From assembly GCA_950097015.1 (NCBI GenBank), contig CATNEN010000001.1:13888001-13952000 (forward strand): 64,000 nucleotides of DNA, in the 5' to 3' direction. Below, one piece after another: positions 22,933 to 34,439 of this stretch. A model generated the notes under the pieces. The model ran no database searches. It was not told where the DNA came from and saw nothing but the letters and a program-made list of their open reading frames with translations. How positions within the stretch are numbered: the stretch's first letter is position 1; the number at the start of each line of letters is the position of its first letter. The stretch is from Macrostomum hystrix. Lineage: Eukaryota > Animalia > Platyhelminthes. The position numbers were made by a program, and so were the translations under genes.

Positions 22933-25124
22933 TAATTATTAAAATTATTAAATAAGATTATTATTATTATTATCAAAAAGATTATTGTTTACCGATTGTA
23001 CCATATGACTAAGCTTATTGTTACTGTGGTTTGGCATACTCGACTTGAAGCATTATTTAACGCTGAAGCATTGTTTAACGCCGATTGTTTAATCCCGATT
23101 GTTTAACGATGCCTCATCGAATCAGAAACGTTCTAGACTTCACTGAGTGTGTATTGTCTATGGCTACAACTGTGCCATATGGAGTGAAAAGCAGTAGAGG
23201 AATACATAGGTTGGACTCTGCTAAGCTGTGCCATAGACTATTGGAGCGAAAAGGAGTAGAGAAATGCAAAGGGTTTGCGTTTAAAAATACAAGTTATAAG
23301 TTTCACTGTCTGCACTGATTCCAAAAATGCATCTAATACATTGGAAAAACTTGCCGACCGACTCTTTTAACGGAGTATCTGCTAGCGAAATGGATTTTCT
23401 TTCAATGCTGAGTGCAACGGACCACTCGGAGGACGCTGATCTACTGGAATTTGTCAACTTCTTAGAAGATCCCGCCCGTGAAGATCAGTCGGTGCTGGAC
23501 ATATCATTACCGGATCTACCTGGTGACGCACCACTGTCGGTTGACGATCTCGATCGCATTGAAATCGATTCGCTACCCAAGAATACGCGAGAACAGATGT
23601 TCCAACATGGAAAAGCATTTGTGGAGTTTCTACGAAGACAAACTGAAGTGTCCCCTGAGACGATTTCGCAGACCATGCTGAATGAGTTTCTATGTTTCTA
23701 CTACTTTTCGTTAAAGAAAGCTGACGGAGGAAGGTACGCACCTGCGTCCTTGGTTTGCATCCGTGCCGGCATTCAGCGCTACTTTTGCATCGTTCTTAAG
23801 CGTTCTGTGGATATCATTTCTGGAGGAGAGTTTGCTGCCGCTAACAGAATGCTACGCGTCAAAGTACGCGAATACAATGGATCTGGTGCTTTCAGAAGAC
23901 AATATCCGCCAATTGAGGAAGGAGACCTAGAGCGATTGCGGAAATACTTTGATAGAAGCACAGCAGAACGTGTTCAGGATGAAGTGCTCTTCACATTACT
24001 CTATACATTAGGTGAGCGCGGCCAAGAACATCTTAAATATCTCAAGAAGAAGGGCACCTTGGTAGAAGGAATAGATGCTGATAGCCAACCATATCTGAGC
24101 CTGCCAGATCTGCCAACGAAGAATCAATCGACTGATCCAACGCGTGCTAAGAACAACTCAGCAAAGCAAGCTCGCCTCTATGGACAGCAGCGAGATCTTG
24201 TCGTCGACTACTTAAAGCTGCTACCGGAGAACACAAAAGATTCATCCTTCTTTCCACGCCCACTGGCAAACGATGGAAGCGGTAACCTTCGTTTTTCAAG
24301 TAACCAGGTTAGAGGCATTAATTGGCTAGCTAACTTCAAGCGTCACCTGAGCGAGATCTGCAAGTTGTCAAAAATGTACACTAATCATTGCATCCGGGTC
24401 ACGCGTATTTCGGATTTGCATGAATGTGGACACAAGCTGGACGAAATCATGACTATTACTGGGCAGAGGGCCAAGTCGACTGTCCGGCGTTACTTGTCGA
24501 GAAGACGCGATCGGTCCATTAAACAAGTTTCGATTGCTCTAAGTAAAGCGCTGGAGCGACCACTAGCAACTACAAGTAACTTGAATACCGATGTCAAGCC
24601 GTTATGCGATGGGGCTGCCGAAGGTGCTGACGATGTTGTAGCGCCAATGATGGTAATCGAGTCTAGCGTCGGAGCCTCTGCCACTAGTGCTGAGGCGGCG
24701 GAGCCGGGGATTGTGCATGTGACAGCCAACGACAGCGAGAAAAAAACAACAGTCGTCCTAAATTTCAACGGAAAATTCGAAAACTGCAGCTTCCAAATCA
24801 AAGGGACGTAAGTCGCCAAGTTTCGTCATTTCAATATAGGGAATAAACTATATCGAGGTCCCATAACAATGTGAACGGAATAGTAATATTTATTGCTTGT
24901 ATTGTAAAACACGTTATTAGTTTTGTTAATGCGAAATGTTGTTTTGATTTGTTTTAATTCCAAAATATAACTCAATATAGCTAACCAATAGTCTATGGTT
25001 AAATCTGCGAAACATCGTTAAACAATCAACTTCTCTGTGAAACGTTGTTAGTATGCTAAACCATAGCAACAATACTTTCTCTTGGCGAGGGAGTCGATAA
25101 CTCTTCAAACAATGAACCCATTAT
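22933..25124 (+). mobile_element. Crypton-type tyrosine-recombinase DNA transposon (2192 bp including one attat copy)
   Basis: Flanked by direct attat (22928-22932, 25120-25124); removal restores the host frame; subterminal inverted blocks; YR ORF. Confidence 0.85.
23327..24811 (+). CDS. Crypton tyrosine recombinase (DUF3504-like)
   Basis: FYYFSLKKADG..YAPASL..IRAGIQRY, GERGQEH, YTNHCIR, ITGQR...RRY; intronless 494 aa. Confidence 0.9.
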   Translation: MHLIHWKNLPTDSFNGVSASEMDFLSMLSATDHSEDADLLEFVNFLEDPAREDQSVLDISLPDLPGDAPLSVDDLDRIEIDSLPKNTREQMFQHGKAFVEFLRRQTEVSPETISQTMLNEFLCFYYFSLKKADGGRYAPASLVCIRAGIQRYFCIVLKRSVDIISGGEFAAANRMLRVKVREYNGSGAFRRQYPPIEEGDLERLRKYFDRSTAERVQDEVLFTLLYTLGERGQEHLKYLKKKGTLVEGIDADSQPYLSLPDLPTKNQSTDPTRAKNNSAKQARLYGQQRDLVVDYLKLLPENTKDSSFFPRPLANDGSGNLRFSSNQVRGINWLANFKRHLSEICKLSKMYTNHCIRVTRISDLHECGHKLDEIMTITGQRAKSTVRRYLSRRRDRSIKQVSIALSKALERPLATTSNLNTDVKPLCDGAAEGADDVVAPMMVIESSVGASATSAEAAEPGIVHVTANDSEKKTTVVLNFNGKFENCSFQIKGT

Positions 25125-26381
25125 GCAGCTACTGTCGTTGCTTATGTTGTCGTTCTGTATTTTCTGTGTTGACTCATTGATAAGGTAAACATTTTTATCT
25201 TCTGTATCCTCTGTTTCCTTTTGTGGCATGGGCGGCTCTTTCGAATGGTCGCTTTCGATTATAGTAACATAGGCTGCACCATCGTTGTCCAGATGAAGGT
25301 CATTGATTTCTTGCTCCTTCTTTTGTTTCTCAAGTTCATCAAGAACATTGACGGAAAAGTCTGGCATAAGATCTTCAATCTTGAACTTTGGTTCAATAGT
25401 TTGAGTGTATTCAGGCTCAATAGCTTGAGTGTATTGTCGACGGACTTGCGTTGGTTGTCTTGGAGGTGGAGGATTTCTTTGTTGACGATAAGGTACGATG
25501 GCATTAGATGGTCTGCTATCTTGTTGTCGACTATTTGTCCAATTACGGTTTGAAAGCTGTCTTGGAGGACGAGTCCAATTGGTCTGTCGATTGTCATTGT
25601 ATGAACGTGGGTTGCCACGTGATCTGCAGTCTCTAGCATAATGACCGATCCTTCCACAGGTATAGCAAGTTGATGTGTGTAAGTATCTTTGTTGTGGTTG
25701 TGGATAGGAATACCTCTGCTGTTGTGGTACAATAGCAGAAGTTTGGTGTTGCTGCATGAGTTTGCTTAATTGTTCTGCTAGTTGTGTCGTGTCACTATTA
25801 TGAGTAGTCATAAGATGCATTCCACAACGGAGCAATTGTTCCTCTGTGTTAATAGTTTCTCTCAGCAGTCTATCTCGCAAAGTAGGCTGTGCGTTGTTAA
25901 TCACATGAAGTATTAAGCTTTGTTCCCGGTCTTCAAGACGTTGTCTTTCTCGTGCAGCTGATTCGGCAGGTCCTATAGGTTGAGCTCCTTGATCCAATGG
26001 TGGAGGCTGATGTAATGCTTTGACGATCTTACGGATGTCATCAACAAAGGTGAGAAAACTCTCAGTGGAACTCATTTTTCGATTATGAAGTTTATGAAGG
26101 AGTACCGATCTGTTTGTTCCACATCGTGCGAATTGTGCTCTCAGTTGGGTAACTAGAGCTTGATAATCTTGTTGTACTGCAGCTGTCAATTTTCCATAGA
26201 TTTCTCGGGCTGTTCCTTGTAACAGTGGAGGTAGGAGGAGTGCTTTCTCTGCATTCTGTAATCCATATTCGCGTGAGACCAAATCAAAGTGATCAATGAA
26301 TTTGTTGAAATCTTTATCCATTGTATACATTCCGACCGTTTCCCTAATGTCACGATGGACCTGATAGTTTCTTCGTGCCAT
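25125..26381 (-). CDS. gag: gag (capsid + CCHC zinc knuckle), interrupted at its 3' end by the Crypton
   Basis: Retrotransposon gag-like helical region (LLPPLLQGTAREIY), CYTCGRIGHYARDC; first ATG at 26381. Confidence 0.92.
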
Positions 26382-26880
26382 ATTCGCAACTGGGTACGGA
26401 AATAATTCAAGTTCTGGATCGATGTTCAAGGGTTCGTCCAGATTGACTTCTCTGACAAGATTTAGTGTGAATAAAAAGTGTGTGTGTGCGTGTGCGTGTG
26501 TATCAACAAAATGAAAATGGTTTACACGGGGGAATTATTTACTCAGGACAAGGGAGAAAATTTTATACAAGGCAGGGAACGTATGCCGCTTTCAACGCTG
26601 AAAAGGGGTTATTGAAATGAGAGCCGGTGAGTTCAGTCGCGCGATTCCCAGGTGTGCAAACAATAGAGCGAAGTGACGCATGTGGCTTATGTGCAAACAA
26701 TATCCGGTAGGGACAGCAAAATTTTTCAGAGAGATGACGCAACAAAACTTTTATGAAACGGTGGATCAAAGGCAATAATGATGAGTTGCAAAAATTTTTT
26801 CTTTTTACTTTTTTGTTAAAACGATTCGAAAGTTGTAACGCAAAAAAATTTAGTATCTCGGCCTGGGCTTGATTGCAAGG

Positions 26881-26897
26881 CCTGGGCGAGATCACCA
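26881..26897 (-). promoter_or_regulatory. Primer-binding site, probably tRNA-Val
   Basis: TGGTGATCTCGCCCAGG 6 nt inside the 5' LTR match; resembles the complement of eukaryotic tRNA-Val 3' ends (from memory). Confidence 0.75.
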
Positions 26898-26903
26898 GTT
26901 AAA

Positions 26904-27930
26904 GAGTTTTGGCGTGTTGATCAGACACACGAAACTCCCACTTCTAGACAATGGGGAACAATTGCCTAGGAATTTATAACAGTCACTTGAGACTTACTGC
27001 AATTGCTTCTTGTTCCTTGAGTAGTTTGTAGTCTTCTGGTCTTCGAAAGCCGGCGGTTCTTATTATCCTTGTTCTGGTCGACCGTGAGGTTTCGAGTCTG
27101 TGTTTCTTGAGTCTTTGTAGTCTTGTCTTCTTTGTCTTCTTGGCAGCTGCTTGAGTTTGTCTGTTGGCCAATAAATGACGAGAGCGAATCAGATTACTTT
27201 TCGGTTTCCTCGAGCTCGGAATTCACAATAGAAACGTGCGCCCTAGTGAACAATTGAAATCTCTCGTGTATATCTCTAATAGGTCCTCCTGAAGAGCGTC
27301 TTCTTCGTTACCTCCGAAAGATAACGGATAACTCAAATCAAATCAATCAATAATCCTCTAGGAATGTATCCTAGGAAACAAGGAGGCCTTTCTCAAATGT
27401 ATCGACGATATGTGGCTCTCGTAAACTTAGTTCAATTCAACAACTATTGCTAGCAATAAATTACTCTGTCTAGTAAAGCGCTCACCACTTGTCTTTGCCT
27501 CAGAGATGAGTCCTCTTCTTCGTAAGATGTTTTGAAGTCCGGTGGACCGCTCCGAGTCTGAATTTTCAGCTCAGATTTTCGCTTGTATTTATAGTAAAAT
27601 TTTGGAAAAAACCGGTTCTACTACCGGGTGTTTACTTAGGTCACACATATTTGTTTAGTGAGTCATGATTGTGAGTTTTACCATATTTGGAATATTGTGT
27701 AAATACAGATACAGAAACCGATGAGTCATAATTGTTTGTTTTACCATATTTGGAATTCAAGCAAATACAGCTGTCAAGAACCGGTTCTCCGGTTTCATGT
27801 CACATGACTTTTTTCTAAAAATAGCGAATGACTCATTCCTAAAAATAGATTAAACGTTGTAGCTATGGTTTCCTTGTGACATTACTTTAAGTAGCGTGTT
27901 AAGCAAAAGCACATTTTACAACTCTCTACA
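26904..27930 (-). repeat. 5' LTR (1027 bp)
   Basis: Direct repeat of 12922-13541; starts TGT on the minus strand. Confidence 0.95.
27586..27835 (-). promoter_or_regulatory. Putative U3 promoter: TATA + two CArG boxes + three AP-1 motifs
   Basis: TATAAATA (27593-27586); ccatatttgg at 27681 and 27744; tga(g/c)tca at 27659, 27722, 27829. Confidence 0.55.
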
Positions 27931-29304
27931 CTCTGTCATAGAGCTTTGAGTCAAGAAACTGCTCAGACAACTCCCCGCCAAACCCCCACTGACCAGAATG
28001 TTCCCCATTTTCTTTCTAAATGCTTTTTTTTCTTAGAAAGATGAATAAATTCTCAATATTTTAGTTGCAGCTTGTGCGTCCACCTGTTTCAGCTACTGAG
28101 CAGTGCTTAAATAAAGTTTAAGGAACTTTAAGGTCCTGCAGATACGTCTAGATAAAGGTAGGTGACCACCGAAGACGGAGATGATGCAGGCACATTCGGG
28201 TGACATGCTGATCAATTTTGAAGGCCTGACAAGGCCGCACTGAGGCGCAGTGCTAATTCATGTAGAGGGGGATATGAAATGGACTAGCGCTTATGGGAAA
28301 AGTCTGACTTTCGGCCAGAACCATTGAATTTCTCGACGGTCTGAAGAGCTGGCAGCTTGATTATTGTTTCAGAAGATGCGCGACAAACAGTTGGCCCGCG
28401 TTCTAGAGTTTCGTGTGCATGCGTTGCTCCGTTCGGGTGCAGCACAAAAAACTGTCGGGTTCTCCTGCAGAAAATTTTCAAATTTTCTTATTTTGAAAAG
28501 TTTATTACTTCACTCTATAGGTATTCACGTTTTCTACAATTAAGCTTCATTTCGCTGACACTGTACTAAGCTTGTAGGCACGATAAGCAGCTCTCACAGC
28601 GCGAGAAGTAGACCGGTGAGATCAGGTGCTTCGATGTATCTGTCTATCTTTACAACATTGTCTAGCTAGAGCATGGCTCCCAAACAGTAATTTTCTTCGA
28701 TATTCTACAAACTCAAAAAGTTAATTGACAAGCTTCCGTCAGACCTTGCAGCAACAGAGCCGCGGCATCCACCCCGCTGTGAAACGGAGCTAAATTGAGA
28801 AGTTCTAGCATCTGCTCACAAAGGAAGCCGGGCCACCTGGGTGAAGTGTCAATTGACATGACATGCTGACATTGTGCTGACAATGAGAACACGTCAATAA
28901 TCAGTTGGCAGTCAAATCAATTGAATAGTCCTGTTAGCAGTGCACTGGGCTCATTGGGGCAGCTAGCGGGCAAAGAATGCACTTCAAGCAACACAAGACT
29001 GTCTGGCCTGGCTTGCTTTGTGTATTGGGTACTCATGATGATTAGCAAGAAGCATTGCTGATTTTTGACCCATGAGACTTCTGATCGGCTGCATAAGGCT
29101 GCGTGGGTCACCTGAGAAGATTGTGCTGCATTTCTTCATGCAGAGATCGGTCAGGTCAGGAGCAACTTTTGAGATGTCTCAGACATCACCAACGCACAGC
29201 CAGGTGAGGCGTGTGGTGCTTTTGGACCTGAAATACTGGCTAGAAGTAGGTGGAAATCAACAAAACAATAGGTTTTAGGGCATTTTTGCTGCCATGTTTC
29301 TTAA

Positions 29305-29948
29305 CACTCACTGTTCTCACACACCCACTGTTCTCACACACTCACTGTTCTCACATAATCACTGTTCTCACATAATCACTGTTCTCACACACTCACTGTT
29401 CTCAGACACTCACTGTTCTCACACACTCACTGTTCTCAGACACTCACTGTTCTCACATAATCACTGTTCTCACATAATCACTGTTCTCACACACTCACTG
29501 TTCTCAGACACTCACTGTTCTCACACACTCACTGTTCTCAGACACTCACTGTTCTCACATAATCACTGTTCTCACATAATCACTGTTCTCACACACTCAC
29601 TGTTCTCAGACACTCACTGTTCTCACACACTCACTGTTCTCACACACTCACTGTTCTCAGACACTCACTGTTCTCACACACTCACTGTTCTCACACACTC
29701 ACTGTTCTCACACACTCACTGTTCTCAGACACTCACTGTTCTCACACACTCACTGTTCTCACACACTCACTGTTCTCAGACACTCACTGTTCTCACACAC
29801 TCACTGTTCTCACACACTCACTGTTCTCACACACTCACTGTTCTCACACACTTACTGTTCTCACATAATCACTGTTCTCAGACACTCACTGTTCTCACAC
29901 ACTCACTGTTCTCACACACTCACTGCATTCAGACACTCACTGTTCTCA
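29305..29948. repeat. 17-bp minisatellite (cactgttctcacacact)n
   Basis: Direct reading. Confidence 0.95.
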
Positions 29949-30154
29949 AGACTTTGTTTTCAGAGAGTGTTTTGTTTTGTCCAGTCCATAGCAACAGGTC
30001 ATCGGTAACAGATTCGACTAGAACTGAGTGGGTGGATACAATGATGAAGGCGAGAATGCATCAGAGCTGCTTGGATTGGACAGTGTCAGGTGAGAGGCGG
30101 AACTCTGCCTTTCCTTATAAATTTCAGCTGAGCAGCAACCACTGTCAGCGCATG

Positions 30155-30357
30155 AAACCCTAGCAACTCGTCTCAAACCCTAGCAACTCGACTCAAACCC
30201 TAGCAACTCGACTCGAACCCTAGCAACTCGACTGAAACCCTAGCAACTCGACTCGAACCCTAGCAACTCGACTGAAACCCTAGCAACTCGACTCGAACCC
30301 TAGCAACTCGACTCGAAACCTAGCAACTCGACTCAAACCCCAGCAACTGGACTCAAA
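30155..30357. repeat. 20-bp minisatellite, same family as 7338-7568
   Basis: aaaccctagcaactcgactc units. Confidence 0.9.
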
Positions 30358-30844
30358 GGCTCCGGCTAGCGAACAGTCGAGCCAAGACTCGAGGAGCAGA
30401 TCCGAAAGAAGCGAAGGCAACTACGACTTCTAGGCGTGATTGCCTTCTGTTTGAGCAGAGCGGGCCCAGAGGCCCTCGCAAGGCAGAACCGTCAAAGGAG
30501 AATTCCCACAGGCAGCAGCAAACAGCACTGAAAGTAGCTGCTGTTTGACTTCCATTTTTAACTATTCGCTACTCCCAGATTCGCAAGCAATCACGCCACT
30601 GCAATGCATTGTTTCAGTGGCAGAAAATGTAGGACTGTTCCAGATTTGCTCAGAAGGCTTGCAAATAAAGTTCCATTCACTTTCAGCGGTTCCAATTTCG
30701 CAGATGAAATTCAACTCCATTTGATGCAGGGACCCCGACAACTCAAGGCTATTTAATGCGTATAGCAGAGACCGCTTACCTGTCTTCATGCAGTCGCACT
30801 CTTACTCCACCAGAGTCCGATTTGAGCTGACTGCGAAATTCACA

Positions 30845-32951
30845 ATGGGATTGACGGTGTTGGCTGCTCTGCTGCTTGTTTGCACCACCGGTGAGTACTG
30901 CTGCTGCTGCTTTCGTCTGGGGGAAAATCTTTAGCCAGTACTGCCACTGCACAATAAGGCTACTGCAGTGTGGATCCCTGACCAGCTCAGAACAGGTAGT
31001 GAAGTAGCTGCTTCTGAAGCTCGTAGGTGCTTCACCAACCGTATTCTCTGGATGGCTTCCATCGATTAACAAGAAAAATACAAATTGCAGGAGGGCTGCG
31101 GGCAATGGCACATCATTTGGTGACAGTAGACCCAGAGCCAGCGAGGAGGCAATTCTGCCCGTTTCGCTGGCTCTTGAGTACACAAGCACACAGTTACCGT
31201 ACGCAGGCACACACTCACACAGGATGTGTACATCTGCCAAATTTCTTTCATCGTCAGGCAGTGTACACACTCACTGTGTCTTGGAGCATGGAATGTGGCG
31301 AATGGTGCCCAGGACCTTGGTGCGAAGGGCATGCGTGTTAGACAGCATGCCTCTCAGCCCCCGGCTTCCATCTCAAGAGAGTTATTTTTAAGGGCTCGGA
31401 ATTTGTTACTGCTGACAAATCTGCTATCCACGAGTTCCTATAAATTTTGGCAATGTCTCTCGAAGAAGCGCAGCTTATCGAGTTTCATACGTGTTCTTTC
31501 ACCCCCACAATGTGATGCAGTGACGCAAGCTGCTACCGGAAGGCGATTCGAACTTGAGACCAGTGGCTTCATCGCTCTGAATGACTCGGTGAGCAGCAGT
31601 CTGGTCAACCAGTCCGGGTTCCGCTCGGCTGCCGAGTGCCTGTACTGGTGCGATGACAGAGGCTGCGCTGCCGCAGTGCTGAATGAGACCAGCCGCGTCT
31701 GCCAGATGCTCGTCATCAACGACGAGTCGTCGGGTCAGCCTGGGCCGAACGGCAGTCACGTGACGAGGCAACTGGGCTCGCCAACAGACGGAGCCGTGAG
31801 GCTGTGGAAGTCGGAGGATTTTGAATTTCAGATTCGGTCAAAAGCTTTTCAACTGACGTTTCGTAGTGAGCGAGCTGAAAACCATATAATTATTATCGAA
31901 TAAGTTTGACTGAATAAGGCATTTGAGATTGCAGAAGTAGCCTGAGTAAGTACATGAAAACGGCAAAATGCCGAAACCCGAATTACCAAACAGACAGCAG
32001 CTCCGGCCGGAACGGATCGGTTCAGTTCTTCTCCGTGCCGTTCGCTGCCTGCTTCCGCATCGAAGCCTTCGGAGCTGCTGGGGGCAACACGCCACGGTGG
32101 AGCCGTGGCGGCAGGGGCGCCTCAGCCACTGGGAGCTTCTGGCTCGCAGCTGGCGCCCGACTGGACATTGTGGTTGGACAAGCTGGCGGCGACTCTGAAT
32201 GCCCTTATGGCGCTGGTGGCGGCGGTGGCAGCTTCGTGTACGTCAGAAATGGCACTGGCAGTCCTCGGCTGTTTTTGGCCGCCGGAGGTGGCGGCGGTAC
32301 TTCTGGTCGGGTCGGTGAGGGACAGCTGTACTTACTGAGGCCAATGCTTAGTTATGGACTGAGAGGTCTGAATGCGGAGGAGGAAAGGAAAAGATGGGGC
32401 ACACAAATTAACAACAGCATTTCTGCCATCGGAGTTCCCGCACTGAAATCGCAGGCATGAACGGCGTCGGCGTCAGCAACGGCACAGACAGCTCACCTGT
32501 GCAGAGCTGCTCCGGCACTGGAGGAGCTGCCGGTCAGCCGGGTCAGGTGTCAGAGAAGCGGTACGCGCCCAACAGCCTCGCGTCCTCTGGTGGACCCGGA
32601 GCCGGCTGGCTGGGCTCGGCCAAGCCCAGCAATGAGTCCTTCGCTGATCCCGGAGGTCCCGGTCTGAGCCGCATCGATGGCTGGCTCGGCGGAGCTCGCA
32701 ACTCCTCCTGCCCCACTGGCGACGGCGGCTTCGGCGGAGGGGGCGCTGGCGGCGGCTGCTGCTCTGGAAGTCGCAACGGCGCTGGCGGCGGAGGCGGCGG
32801 ATTCAGCGGGGGAGGCGCCGGATCATATGGACTGCAGGCCGGAGGCGGCGGTGGCTCCATCTGCAGCGGCTTCGGCTGCGACGCCACCACCGGCGCCAAC
32901 TCGGAGCTTCAGGGCCGCGTGCTGCTGAGCATTTCTGCGGCCTGCGGCTGA
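30845..32951 (+). CDS. Secreted PAN/apple-like + ALK/LTK-like glycine-rich protein, paralog 3; exons 30845-30890, 31521-31865, 31994-32314, 32455-32951
   Basis: Three phase-1 GT-AG introns, continuous frame, same domain motifs. Confidence 0.88.
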
Positions 32952-33004
32952 CGCTCAGTCTGAAGGGAACCGCATCAGAGCCAGGGAGATAATTGTGATG
33001 GGCT

Positions 33005-34170
33005 TTTATGCTCTCTGCATCCTGTTTATGCTCTCTGCATCCTGTTTATGCTCTCTGCATCCTGTTTATGCTCTCTGCATCCTGTTTATGCTCTCTGCAT
33101 ACTGTTTATGCTCTCTGCATCCTGTTTATGCTCTCTGCATCCTGTTTATGCTCTCTGCATACTGTTTATGCTCTCTGCATACTGTTAATGCTCTCTGCAT
33201 CCTGTTTATGCTCTCTGCATCCTGTTTATGCTCTCTGCATCCTGTTTATGCTCTCTGCATACTGTTTATGCTCTCTGCATCCTGTTTATGCTCTCTGCAT
33301 CCTGTTTATGCTCTCTGCATCCTGTTTATGCTCTCTGCATACTGTTTATGCTCTCTGCATCCTGTTTATGCTCTCTGCATACTGTTTATGCTCTCTGCAT
33401 CCTGTTTATGCTCTCTGCATACTGTTTATGCTCTCTGCATCCTGTTTATGCTCTCTGCATCCTGTTTATGCTCTCTGCATACTGTTTATGCTCTCTGCAT
33501 CCTGTTTATGCTCTCTGCATACTGTTTATGCTCTCTGCATCCTGTTTATGCTCTCTGCATCCTGTTTATGCTCTCTGCATCCTGTTTATGCTCTCTGCAT
33601 ACTGTTTATGCTCTCTGCATACTGTTTATGCTCTCTGCATACTGTTTATGCTCTCTGCATCCTGTTTATGCTCTCTGCATACTGTTTATGCTCTCTGCAT
33701 CCTTTTTATGCTCTCTGCATCCTGTTTATGCTCTCTTCATCCTGTTTATGCTCTCTTCATACTGTTTATGCTCTCTGCATCCTGTTTATGCTCTCTGCAT
33801 CCTGTTTATGCTCTCTGCATACTGTTTATGCTCTCTGCATACTGTTTATGCTCTCTGCATCCTGTTTATGCTCTCTTCATACTGTTTATGCTCTCTGCAT
33901 CCTGTTTATGCTCTCTGCATACTGTTTATGCTCTCTGCATCCTGTTTATGCTCTCTGCATCCTGTTTATGCTCTCTGCATCCTGTTTATGCTCTCTGCAT
34001 CCTGTTTATGCTCTCTGTATCCTGTTTATGCTCTCTGCATACTGTTTATGCTCTCTGCATCCTGTTTATGCTCTCTGCATCCTGTTTATGCTCTCTGCAT
34101 CCTGTTTATGCTCTCTGCATCCTGTTTATGCTCTCTGCATCCTGTTTATGCTCTCTGCATGCTGTTTATG
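33005..34170. repeat. 20-bp minisatellite (tttatgctctctgcat[c/a]ctg)n, ~58 copies
   Basis: Direct reading. Confidence 0.97.
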
Positions 34171-34439
34171 CTGTTCAGTATAACTTTCTCGAAGAGTAAC
34201 GAGTTGCTGAGAAAGCCAGGAGCCGCAGTACGACTTTGTTTTACTGCAATCAAGTAAAGTTCGCAAAGTTCAATTTTCAGGTTCAATATTTCTGTGTAAT
34301 CTTGCCACCACTCTCGACTCATCAGTGAGACTGAAATCTTAGATTCACCATGAATGAAAACAAACTGTAGAACATGATACAGTGTTAGCAGCGAGTAGTG
34401 GACGGAGCAGAATGAAATTTTCACTTGACTCTTGACACC

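Larger units (their letters stand above)
12922..27930 (-). mobile_element. Env-bearing Ty3/gypsy (Metaviridae-like) LTR retroelement, order LTR-PBS-gag-env-pol-RING-RING-PPT-LTR, with nested Crypton and mariner
   Basis: Near-identical LTRs, PBS, PPT, CCHC gag, PR-RT-RH-IN domain order, glycoprotein ORF. Confidence 0.95.

Noticed and set aside
32995-34257. Hydrophobic Cys-rich ORFs in three frames (likewise 29294-30163, 34345-35322, 51424-52088)
   Set aside because: Minisatellite translation artefacts
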